Assembly (NCBI GenBank): GCA_023701125.1 | Contig: JAMPXO010000011.1 | Span: 1,218 to 65,217, forward strand | DNA: 64,000 nt | DNA from: Vicinamibacteria bacterium | Lineage (GTDB): Bacteria > Acidobacteriota > Vicinamibacteria > Fen-336 | Direction of reading: 5' to 3' | Part shown: piece by piece, positions 48,349 to 58,263 of the stretch | Position numbering within the stretch: the stretch's first letter is position 1 | Layout: every line of letters starts with the position of its first letter | Translations under genes and position numbers: made by a program | Notes under the pieces: model-generated | What the model was told of the DNA's origin: nothing | The model's database searches: none | Seen by the model: only the letters and a program-made list of their open reading frames with translations

Positions 48349-48774
48349 TCAGGCCGGGACCAGTTGCGCGCCCATCTCCTGCCGCAACGCTCGCGGCACG
48401 AAGTAGCCGGGCATGGCCACGACCCGGGTGATCGTGTCGATGCCCTCGAAGTGCCGCAACAGGGCTTCCTGCGCCTGCGGGTAGGTCTCCGCGGCGAAGA
48501 AGCGCTCGATCGGCACGACCAGTCCGTCCGGCGTCCGGCGATCGAAGCGCAGCCGCAACACCGGCAGCAGGTCCTCCGCCGAGAAGCCCGAGTTCCACCA
48601 CAACGCCCGCTCCGGCACCCAGGCGGAGATCTCCTCCACCGTCACCGTGCGGTGATGGCGAAGCTCCATCAGGTTGCGCCACAGATCGAACTCGGCCAGC
48701 GGGACGAAGCGCTGATTGGCGCTCTCGTCCGGCCCATCGAGTCGGCAGTGGACGAGGGCCACCTCGTCGGACAT
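48349..48774 (-). CDS. hypothetical protein (~141 aa)
   Basis: non-GC-artifact composition (W/F/Y/E-containing: ...EFDLWRNLMELRHHRTVTVEEISAWVPERALWWNSGF...), same strand directly upstream of rtcA; start MSDEVALV preferred (aaagtgag SD-like). Confidence 0.4.
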   Translation of the reverse strand: MSDEVALVHCRLDGPDESANQRFVPLAEFDLWRNLMELRHHRTVTVEEISAWVPERALWWNSGFSAEDLLPVLRLRFDRRTPDGLVVPIERFFAAETYPQAQEALLRHFEGIDTITRVVAMPGYFVPRALRQEMGAQLVPA

Positions 48775-48893
48775 GCTCACTTTCTGTGCAAGAGCCGCGC
48801 CCCGCCCCTTCGAGCCCATCCAAGTTGTTCTGAATCAGTGACATGGCAGCAATGAAGTCGGTGAGCGACGAAACCCTGCCGCTCACTGACTTG

Positions 48894-49466
48894 TTACTCT
48901 TCGCTACGTCCCGGCCGGAAACAGCGCCGGCAGCGGGCTTCGTACTGGTCGGCCCCGCCGACGACCACGCGATCGGTCGCGGCGACCAGGCGCTGGGTCC
49001 GGTTGGCAGGAGCGCCGCACTGCATGCAGATCGCGAGCGTCTTGTCGACGTACTCGGCGATCGCCATCAGTGCCGGCATCGGCTCGAACGGCCGCCCCAG
49101 GTAGTCCTGGTCCAGGCCCGCGACGATCACGCGGATGCCGCGGTTGGCCAGGGTGTTGGCGACCTCGATCAGGGTCTGGTCGAAGAACTGGCCCTCGTCG
49201 ACGCCGACGACCTCGGTGTCGGCGTCGACTCGCTGCAGGATCTCGGCGGCCGCGTCGATCGGCTCGGACGGCAGGCGCATCTCGGAGTGGCTGACGACGT
49301 GGTCGGCGGCGAAGCGGTCGTCGATCCGGGGCTTGAACAGGCGCACCTTCTGGCGCGCGATCTGGGCCCGCCGGATGCGGCGGATCAGCTCTTCGCTCTT
49401 GCCGGAGAACATGCTGCCGGCGACGACCTCGATCCAGCCGGAACCGGTGCGTGGAAGCGGGTTCAA
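48894..49466 (-). CDS. tdk: thymidine kinase
   Basis: [15 protein letters not shown]-loop, C-terminal CxxC...CRRC zinc ribbon. Confidence 0.9.
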   Translation of the reverse strand: MNPLPRTGSGWIEVVAGSMFSGKSEELIRRIRRAQIARQKVRLFKPRIDDRFAADHVVSHSEMRLPSEPIDAAAEILQRVDADTEVVGVDEGQFFDQTLIEVANTLANRGIRVIVAGLDQDYLGRPFEPMPALMAIAEYVDKTLAICMQCGAPANRTQRLVAATDRVVVGGADQYEARCRRCFRPGRSEE

Positions 49467-49481
49467 GGGCGGACTTTCGGG

Positions 49482-50045
49482 CTAGCGGTTGGCGCGTTCG
49501 ATGTAGGAGCCGGTCTGGGTGTCGATGCGGATCACCTCGCCTTCGGAGATGAAGGCCGGCACCGTGACGATCAGGCCCGATTCCATCCGCGCGGGCTTGC
49601 CCACGTTGGACACGGAAGCGCCCTTGATCGACGGCTCGGTCTCCATCACCTTCAGCTCGACCGTCAGCGGCAGCTCGATGCCGACCGGGCGACCGTCGTA
49701 GAACTCGACCATCAGCATGATGTTGGGGATCAGGTAGTTGACCGTGTCGCCCAGGATCTCCGCGGAGAGCCCGACCTGCTCGTAGGTCTCCTGGTTCATG
49801 AAGAAGAACATGTCTCCTTCGCGATACAGGTACTCCATCTTGGACTCGTCCAGGATCGCGCGCTCGACCATGTCCACGGAACGGTAGCGGTGGTCGCTGA
49901 TCGCGCCGGTGCGCAGGTTGCGGAGGCGGGACTGGACCATGCCGCGCAGGTTGCCCGGCGTCTTGTGCTGGGCCTCCACGACCCGGTACAACTCGCCGTC
50001 GTGCTTGATCGCCATGCCGCGCTTCAACTGGGTCGCCTGGATCAT
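49482..50045 (-). CDS. efp: elongation factor P
   Basis: 187 aa; KRGMAIKHDGELYRVVEAQHKTPGN..., three OB/KOW-like domains. Confidence 0.95.
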   Translation of the reverse strand: MIQATQLKRGMAIKHDGELYRVVEAQHKTPGNLRGMVQSRLRNLRTGAISDHRYRSVDMVERAILDESKMEYLYREGDMFFFMNQETYEQVGLSAEILGDTVNYLIPNIMLMVEFYDGRPVGIELPLTVELKVMETEPSIKGASVSNVGKPARMESGLIVTVPAFISEGEVIRIDTQTGSYIERANR

Positions 50046-50177
50046 CTCGAAGACGTCTCCTGTGACTTCTCTGCTCTGGTCGGGGCGCGCGCCCGCCCAG
50101 GGGCGCCGCGGGCCTGAAGAAAGGGGCCACCCCGCGGGCGACCCCGGCCAAACACGAGATTATAGCGGACCGGAGGG

Positions 50178-51185
50178 CTACTCGACCTCGAGCCCCCGCA
50201 GGTCGACCCGGAACGGCACCTGCTTGAAGCCGGCCTCGCGCAGCGCCGGCGCGACCCGCTCCCGGGGCCCGTCGCCGCGAGCCCCCGGCGGTGCCCACAC
50301 CGCCACCATCCCGCCGCCGCCGGCGCCACAGACCTTGGCCGCCCCGCCGAGCTCGCGGGCGATCGACGCGATGCGGTCGATCTCGGGCGTCGTCACCCCC
50401 GGGGCCAGTCGCTTGCGCGCTTCCCACTCGTCGTTCATCGCCTGCGCCACGCCTTCGACGCGGCCGGCCTCGAGCGCGGTCTTCAACTCCCCCGCCGCCC
50501 GCACGATCGCCGACAGCGCCTGGCGCACGCCGGGGTCGCCGTCGATCTGGCCCTTGAACACGTCCCAGTTGTTGATGCCCGAGAAGCGGGTCGCGCCGGC
50601 ATCGAACAGCAGCAGGCACTCCTCGACGAGGCCCGGGTCCGCCTTCAGCTTCTCGACCTTGATCGCGCCCGGGTCGAGCCGCAGCCCGAGCACGCCACCG
50701 TGCAGCGCGGCGTGGTAGTCCTGCACACCGGTCGGCACGCCGATGCACTGCGCCTCCGCATCGCGCACGATCGGCCACAGGCCGTCGGCATCGAGGCTGC
50801 GCCCGATCGCCGTGGCCGCCGCCGCGGCGATCGTCACCGCCAGCGCGGACGAGCCGCCGAGCCCCGAACCCGCGGGCACCCGCGAGTGGGTCACCACCTT
50901 GAGCCCCTCGTCGATGCCCAGCGCGCGCAGGATGAACGCGGGCAGCGACAGCTCTCCCGCTTCGATCGCGGCGTGGACCGAGGGCGACTCCGTCTTGCGC
51001 TGGGTGTCCTTCGATTCCAGCAGCACCCCGCTGACACCGGTCTCGACCCGGGTGTGGGCCCGACGGTCGATCGCGACGTTGACCGTGACGGCGCCCGGGT
51101 GGAACAGGTACAGCGGCCAGATGTCGAGCGTGCCGCCCGCCAGGTCGACGCGGGTCGGGGCCGAGGCCTCCACCACGGTCTTCAC
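50178..51185 (-). CDS. GHMP-family sugar/acid kinase
   Basis: GTG start overlapping transporter stop; APTRVDLAGGTLDIWP (motif 1), PAGSGLGGSSA (motif 2), KVCGAGGGG (motif 3). Confidence 0.7.
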   Translation of the reverse strand: MKTVVEASAPTRVDLAGGTLDIWPLYLFHPGAVTVNVAIDRRAHTRVETGVSGVLLESKDTQRKTESPSVHAAIEAGELSLPAFILRALGIDEGLKVVTHSRVPAGSGLGGSSALAVTIAAAAATAIGRSLDADGLWPIVRDAEAQCIGVPTGVQDYHAALHGGVLGLRLDPGAIKVEKLKADPGLVEECLLLFDAGATRFSGINNWDVFKGQIDGDPGVRQALSAIVRAAGELKTALEAGRVEGVAQAMNDEWEARKRLAPGVTTPEIDRIASIARELGGAAKVCGAGGGGMVAVWAPPGARGDGPRERVAPALREAGFKQVPFRVDLRGLEVE

Positions 51186-52684
51186 GCCAGCCCCAGCAGC
51201 GGACACAGCACGCGCAGCGTTGCGAACACGACGAAGAAACCGATCAGGTCCACGATCACTCCGATCCGCATCATGGCGGTGAGCGGCACCAGCCCGGTGC
51301 CGTAGACGAGGGCGTTGGGCGGGGTGCCGGCGGGAAACATGAAGCCCAGGCTGGCGCCGAAACCGACGGCCAGCAGCGGCGGAACGACGCTGACCCCGAT
51401 CTCCCGCGCCAGCGCGATCACGAGCGGGGCCAGCATCGAGACCGTGGCCGCGTTCGAGGCCACCTCGGTCAGCACGATGGTGAGCAGCAGGGCGAGGGCC
51501 GTCAGCCCCCACAAGGTCGAGACGCCCGTGGCGGCCAGCGCGCCGCGGCCGAGCGCCTCCGCGAGGCCGGTGTCGAACATCAGCTTGCCGAGTGCCAGGC
51601 CGCCGCCGAACAGCATCAGCGTGCCCCAGTCGATGCGCTGGGCGTCGCTCCAGGCCAGCGCGCGGCGGCCGCCGCCGATCGGCAGCACGAACAGGGCGCC
51701 CCCGGCGCAGAGCGCCACGACCGCCTCGTCGAGCACGCCCGCCAGTCGCCCGAGCGCCGACTCACGCAGTCCCGCCAGGCCGACCACGCCCGGCAGCAGC
51801 CAGAGCACGACGGCGACCACGAACACGGCCATGCAGGTGCGATCGCCGGTCGACCATCGCGGCAGCGCCGCCTGCTCGGCGCGGACGTGGCGCATCAGCG
51901 CCTCGCCGTCCACGCCAGCCGCGGCGACTTCGTGGCGGTCGCGCCAGCGGCCGATCGTGGTCAGCACCAGCAGCATCGCCAGCGCAACCGGCACCCCGAT
52001 CGCCATGAACGTCAGGAAATCGAGGTGCACGCCCGCGTGGCGTTCGAGGAAGCCGAGCGCGATCAGGTTCGGCGGGCTGCCCACCGGCGTGGCCACCCCG
52101 CCGACGGAAGCGGCGATGCCGACCGTGATCAGCAGCGTCGCCGGCGACTGGCGGGCGCCCGCCTTGTCCAGTGCCCGCACGATGCCCAGCGCGATCGGCA
52201 GCATCATGGCCGCGGTCGCCGTGTTGCTGATCCACATCGACACGGCGGCCGTGACCAGCCCCAGCGCGAGCGGGACGCGCCCGGGCCGCGTGCTGATGCC
52301 GGGCAGCGCCAGCACGAACAGCGCAAGCCGGCGGTCGAGGCCGTGGACGTGGAGCGCCTCGGCCAGCAGGAACGAGCCGAGGAACAGGAAGATCACCGGG
52401 TCGCCGAACGGCGCGAACACCTCGCGCGCGCGGCCGAGGCCGAGCAACACCGCGAGGCACGGGCCCAGCAGCGCCGTGACCGCCAGCGGAACGGCCTCGG
52501 TCACCCACCACACGACCACCAGTCCCATCACCGCGGCCAGCCGGTGGGCGGGCGCCGGCAGCGACAGCGGGGCCGCCAGCAGCAACACGAAGGTGACCGG
52601 CCCGAGCAGCAGTATCCAGACCGGGGCCGCCTTGGCGTCGCTCGGGGCGTTCATGGGCGTGCGGATTGTATCCGCCTGGGGCAT
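51182..52684 (-). CDS. DASS/SLC13-family (divalent anion:Na+ symporter / ArsB-NhaD superfamily) permease
   Basis: 500 aa polytopic; ...MWISNTATAAMMLPIA..., ...SNAATVSMLAPLV... repeated SNT/SNA hairpin-loop motifs; alternative start at 52654. Confidence 0.7.
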   Translation of the reverse strand: MPQADTIRTPMNAPSDAKAAPVWILLLGPVTFVLLLAAPLSLPAPAHRLAAVMGLVVVWWVTEAVPLAVTALLGPCLAVLLGLGRAREVFAPFGDPVIFLFLGSFLLAEALHVHGLDRRLALFVLALPGISTRPGRVPLALGLVTAAVSMWISNTATAAMMLPIALGIVRALDKAGARQSPATLLITVGIAASVGGVATPVGSPPNLIALGFLERHAGVHLDFLTFMAIGVPVALAMLLVLTTIGRWRDRHEVAAAGVDGEALMRHVRAEQAALPRWSTGDRTCMAVFVVAVVLWLLPGVVGLAGLRESALGRLAGVLDEAVVALCAGGALFVLPIGGGRRALAWSDAQRIDWGTLMLFGGGLALGKLMFDTGLAEALGRGALAATGVSTLWGLTALALLLTIVLTEVASNAATVSMLAPLVIALAREIGVSVVPPLLAVGFGASLGFMFPAGTPPNALVYGTGLVPLTAMMRIGVIVDLIGFFVVFATLRVLCPLLGLA

Positions 52685-52695
52685 GCTCTCCGGGC

Positions 52696-54213
52696 ATGGA
52701 CTGCCCGCGCTGCGGACACCCCAACGACGAAGCCGCGGGCGAGTGCATCCGCTGCGGCGTGGTCTTCGCCCGTGCCGCGCGTCCGCCCCGGCCGCGGCCC
52801 GCGCCCCCCCCTGCGCCCGCGCCGGCCGGGTCGGGAGCGGCTGCGGCCCGCATCATCCTCGCCATCGTCGTGGTGGGCGTGACCGCGGTGGTGGCGATCC
52901 GAGGGTGGCGCAACGCCTCCGCGGGCAGGCCCGCGGCCGGCGCACGCTCGGCACCGGTGACCTCCGCCGCGGCGGTCGACACGGCGCCGCCCGAGGGCCT
53001 CGGCGCAGGCTTCGACGCGGCCCCGTCGGTCGAGGCCTTCGACGCCGCGCCGGTGAGAGGCCTCGACGCCGACTCGGCGCGCGACCTCGCCCACGTCAAG
53101 GCGCTCGCCCACCGGGTGCCGTCGGACGCCGACCTGGAGATCGCCGAGCGCCTGCTCGCCCGCCACGGCGCGAACCTGCCCGGCCTGCAGCAGCACGTCG
53201 CGAACCTGTACGTGCGGGCCGCCCGCGCGGACCACGACGCCCACCGCCAGGCCCGGGCCGCGACCCGGCTCGAGCGCGCCGCCGCGCTGATCCCGGATCG
53301 CCCCGAGCCGTGGGTCGCGCTCTCGGTCGTGCGGCTCGACGCCTCCCAGTGGAGCGAGGCCGAGGCCGCGGCCCGGCGCGCCGTCGAACTCGATCCGCAG
53401 AACCCGCAGGCCACGCTGCACCTGGCCTGGGCGCTCTACCGCCAGGACCGCAACCGCGAGGCGGCGGCCCTGCTCGACGAACTGCTCGCCATCCGCGAGG
53501 ACGCCTCGGCCCGCGGCCTGCGCGAGCGCATCCGCAAGCAGGGCCGGGACGAGGCGGGCATGGCCGAGCATCGCGCCGCCCACTTCACGCTGCGCTTCGA
53601 GGGCGACGAAGCGGCCGACATCGGCCACGAGATCCTGCAGGCGCTGGAGCGCCACCGGGCGACGCTGGTCAGTACCCTCGACCACGAGCCGGAGGCGCCG
53701 ATCGCGGTGATCCTGTTCTCGCGCGAGGCCTACTACGACGCCGCCGGCGCGCCGCGCTGGTCGGGAGGCGTGTTCGACTCGATCGACGGCCGCATCCGCA
53801 TCCCGATCGGCGGCCTCGATCGCTCGCTGACGCCCGACATGGACGAGACCCTGGTCCACGAGGTGACCCACGCGTTCGTGGCCGACCTGTCGAAGACCGT
53901 GTGCCCGCGCGACGTCCACGAGGGACTCGCCCAGTACATGGAGGGCAAGCGCAGCGAGGAGGCGTTCGGCGCGCGCGGCCTGGCGTTCCTGGCCGCCGGC
54001 CGCATCCCCGGCGTCCAGGGCTTCTACGCCGGCGCCCTCTCGTTCGTCGAGCACCTGATCGCGGAACGCGGCATGGGCGGCCTCCGCGAACTGCTGGTGG
54101 CGATGGGCGAGACGCGCTCCGAGGAGGCCGCCTTCGAGCAGGTCTACGGCCGCGGCGCGACGGCCCAGCGCAAGGCGTGGATCGAGCGCCTGCGCCAGCG
54201 TTACCCGCTCTGA
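52696..54213 (+). CDS. membrane-anchored double zinc-ribbon / TPR / HExxH putative metallopeptidase
   Basis: CPRCGH...CIRCG, TM ARIILAIVVVGVTAVVAI, TPR-like middle region, C-terminal LVHEVTHAF (HExxH) + EGLAQY. Confidence 0.6.
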   Translation: MDCPRCGHPNDEAAGECIRCGVVFARAARPPRPRPAPPPAPAPAGSGAAAARIILAIVVVGVTAVVAIRGWRNASAGRPAAGARSAPVTSAAAVDTAPPEGLGAGFDAAPSVEAFDAAPVRGLDADSARDLAHVKALAHRVPSDADLEIAERLLARHGANLPGLQQHVANLYVRAARADHDAHRQARAATRLERAAALIPDRPEPWVALSVVRLDASQWSEAEAAARRAVELDPQNPQATLHLAWALYRQDRNREAAALLDELLAIREDASARGLRERIRKQGRDEAGMAEHRAAHFTLRFEGDEAADIGHEILQALERHRATLVSTLDHEPEAPIAVILFSREAYYDAAGAPRWSGGVFDSIDGRIRIPIGGLDRSLTPDMDETLVHEVTHAFVADLSKTVCPRDVHEGLAQYMEGKRSEEAFGARGLAFLAAGRIPGVQGFYAGALSFVEHLIAERGMGGLRELLVAMGETRSEEAAFEQVYGRGATAQRKAWIERLRQRYPL

Positions 54214-54225
54214 GCGGGTCCTCGT

Positions 54226-55941
<1,716 letters not shown>

Positions 55942-55948
55942 GGCCGGC

Positions 55949-56677
55949 TCAGCCCGCGACGGTTTCGAGCTGCTGGAAGCGGTTGCGAGCCTCGCCCGCG
56001 TAGACGCTGCCCGGGAAGTCCTGGAACACGCGCTGGTACAGGTCGCGCGCGTCGCCGAAGCGCTTGGCCTCCTCGAGGCAGCTCGCCTGGCGCAGCAACG
56101 CGTGGTCCTTGGGCAACGCGTAGGCGGGATCGGCGACCAGCCGGCCCAGCGCCTCGGCCGCGGCGGCGGGCTGGCCCGCCCGGCGCTCGACCTCGGCCAG
56201 GGCGAGCCCACCGAGGCTCTTCAGCATCGGGTCGCGGTGGCTGGCGGTGAGCTTGAGCGCCTCGCGGGCGCGGTCGATCTCGCCGAGGCGGAGGCGGCTG
56301 ACGCCCGCGTAGTAGCGGGCCCAGTCGGCGGACCTGGAGTTGGAGAAGCGGCTGGCGACGTCGTCGAAGCCGGCGGCGGCCTTCGTGTAGCGCTCGCGCT
56401 CGTCGGCCCAGGCGGCCGTGCTGCCCGCCGGCCCGGCCGGCTGCTCGGCCTTCGAGACGCCCTCGAACGCGCGCAACGCGTCGACCAGCGCCGCGGAGGC
56501 CTGCGCCTCCTGCGTGGAGCGCCAGTACGAGTAGCCGCCCAGCAGCGCCACGACCAGCAACACCCCGCCCGCGATCTTGAGGGCGGTCTCGCGGTTGGTC
56601 ACCACCCACTCGACCGCGTGCTCGAGGCCGCTGCGGATCTCGTCCTCTTTGATCTGACGCTTCAGTTCCTTGTCCAA
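55949..56677 (-). CDS. YfgM-like membrane-anchored TPR protein
   Basis: N-terminal TM LKIAGGVLLVVALLGGYSYW then TPR-like helices; position directly upstream of sppA. Confidence 0.55.
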   Translation of the reverse strand: MDKELKRQIKEDEIRSGLEHAVEWVVTNRETALKIAGGVLLVVALLGGYSYWRSTQEAQASAALVDALRAFEGVSKAEQPAGPAGSTAAWADERERYTKAAAGFDDVASRFSNSRSADWARYYAGVSRLRLGEIDRAREALKLTASHRDPMLKSLGGLALAEVERRAGQPAAAAEALGRLVADPAYALPKDHALLRQASCLEEAKRFGDARDLYQRVFQDFPGSVYAGEARNRFQQLETVAG

Positions 56678-56711
56678 CGCCGTTCCCTTCGACTCCGAGA
56701 AAATTGGAAGC

Positions 56712-56788
56712 CTGGTGCGCCTGGAGGGACTCGAACCCCCAACCTTGAGCTTAGGATGCTCCTGCTCTATCCTGTTGAGCTACAGGCG
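56712..56788 (-). tRNA. tRNA-Arg (anticodon CCT)
   Basis: reverse complement gcgcctgtagctcaacaggatagagcaggagcatcctaagctcaaggttgggggttcgagtccctccaggcgcacca folds as cloverleaf; anticodon loop atCCTaa; encoded CCA. Confidence 0.85.
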
Positions 56789-56841
56789 CGTACATCCAGA
56801 AAACGGCACTTTCGCGCCGTCATTACAGGTTAGCACAGGGC

Positions 56842-57375
56842 TCAGTAGCGGATCACCGAGACGACCTCGGCGGCCCCCAGCTTCTCGCGCCCACCCAGGA
56901 AGCCCAGCTCGATCACGAACGCGAAGGCCGCCACCTCGCCGCCGACGCGGCGGACGAGGTCCGCCGTGGCCCGCGCCGTGCCGCCGGTGGCCAGCACGTC
57001 GTCGACGACCAGCACACGCTCGCCCGCGCGCACCGCGTCCTCGTGGATCTCCAGCGCGTCCTCCCCGTACTCCAGGGCGTACGAGATGCGCACGCTGCGG
57101 TGCGGCAGCTTGCCGGGCTTGCGCACGGGCGCGAAGCCCACGCCGAGGCGGTCGGCCACCAGGCTGCCGAAGATGAAGCCGCGGCTCTCGATCGCCACCA
57201 CCCGCTGCGGGCGATGGGCCATGGCGCCTTCACAGAGCACGTCGATGGAGGAGCGCAGCAGGGCGGGGTCGGCCAGCAGCGGCGTGATGTCCTTGAACAC
57301 GATGCCCGGCCTCGGGAAGTCCGGCACGTCACGGATCGCCGCGCGCAGGGCCGCGACGCGGATGTCTTCGTTCAT
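56842..57375 (-). CDS. apt: adenine phosphoribosyltransferase
   Basis: FPRPGIVFKDITPLL..., PRPP-binding VLVVDDVLATGGTA. Confidence 0.9.
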   Translation of the reverse strand: MNEDIRVAALRAAIRDVPDFPRPGIVFKDITPLLADPALLRSSIDVLCEGAMAHRPQRVVAIESRGFIFGSLVADRLGVGFAPVRKPGKLPHRSVRISYALEYGEDALEIHEDAVRAGERVLVVDDVLATGGTARATADLVRRVGGEVAAFAFVIELGFLGGREKLGAAEVVSVIRY

Positions 57376-57644
57376 CGGATGTGGAACCCCGCGAAACCGC
57401 GCGCCGTCGCCGTCGTGACCTCGAGCCCCTCGACGCGCGAGAACGAGGGGCCCGACCGCAACTTTTCTTCGAATCGCGCGAGCGCGTCGGGCGACGCCTC
57501 CGCGTTCACTTCCACGCTGCCGTCGGGCAGGTTCCGCACGTGGCCGCACACGCCGAGCGTCTCCGCCTCGCGCAGCGCGAAGTAGCGATACCCGACGCCC
57601 TGGACGCGACCCACGACCCGGTACTGCCGCGCCTCGGCGCTCAC
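57372..57644 (-). CDS. acyP: acylphosphatase
   Basis: 90 aa; GRVQGVGYRYF and GHVRNLPDGSVEV signature motifs; GTG start; ATGA overlap with apt. Confidence 0.8.
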   Translation of the reverse strand: MSAEARQYRVVGRVQGVGYRYFALREAETLGVCGHVRNLPDGSVEVNAEASPDALARFEEKLRSGPSFSRVEGLEVTTATARGFAGFHIR

Positions 57645-58090
57645 TTCCCCAGCTCCACCTCGGCCCCGCTCTTGAACCCGAGCTTCTTCAGCCCCTGGCC
57701 CTGGCGCACGTAGAAGTGGCCCTTGACCTGCACCTTCGCGCGGTCGCTGTCGAGCACTTCCTTGACGGCCCCCGGCAGGCTCAGGAAGTTGATCGCGAAG
57801 CGCGTGTCGATGCGGCCGTCCTCGAAGCCGTCGAGCTGGATCGGGTCGGCGTAGTAGCCGCGCCCGAGGTTGCGTCCGTTGACCGCCAGCTCGTACTCCA
57901 GGCGCTCGATCAGGAGCCGCTCGGGGTTCGGGTTCTGGACGCGCAGACCCACGTTCATCCCCGCCCCGGTGACTCGTACCTTGTCCATCTTCAACGACTC
58001 GACCTGCAGCGTCGGCGTGCGCAACGTCGCGCACCCCGCGACCCCACCGAGGGCCAGCACCAGGGCCAGGATCCGGCTCGACTTCTGCAT
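57641..58090 (-). CDS. LEA14/WHy-domain (LEA_2-like) lipoprotein
   Basis: lipobox LALGGVAGC; ...YELAVNGRNLGRGYYADPIQLDGFEDGRIDTRFAINF... resembles LEA_2/NDR1-HIN1 fold. Confidence 0.6.
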   Translation of the reverse strand: MQKSSRILALVLALGGVAGCATLRTPTLQVESLKMDKVRVTGAGMNVGLRVQNPNPERLLIERLEYELAVNGRNLGRGYYADPIQLDGFEDGRIDTRFAINFLSLPGAVKEVLDSDRAKVQVKGHFYVRQGQGLKKLGFKSGAEVELGK

Positions 58091-58263
58091 CTGGAATCGT
58101 CCTCCTGCGGCCCGCGACCGCGCCCTACTGGCGGCCAAAATACCAGACGCGACGTGGCCTTGGCCACGGCGCAGCCGTTGCGGCGGCCGGTCCCGGCACG
58201 TCCCTTGCTCGGGACCTGTCGAAACTGGACGCGCGGCTCGGCTGCGCCGGAGGCTCGACCCTG

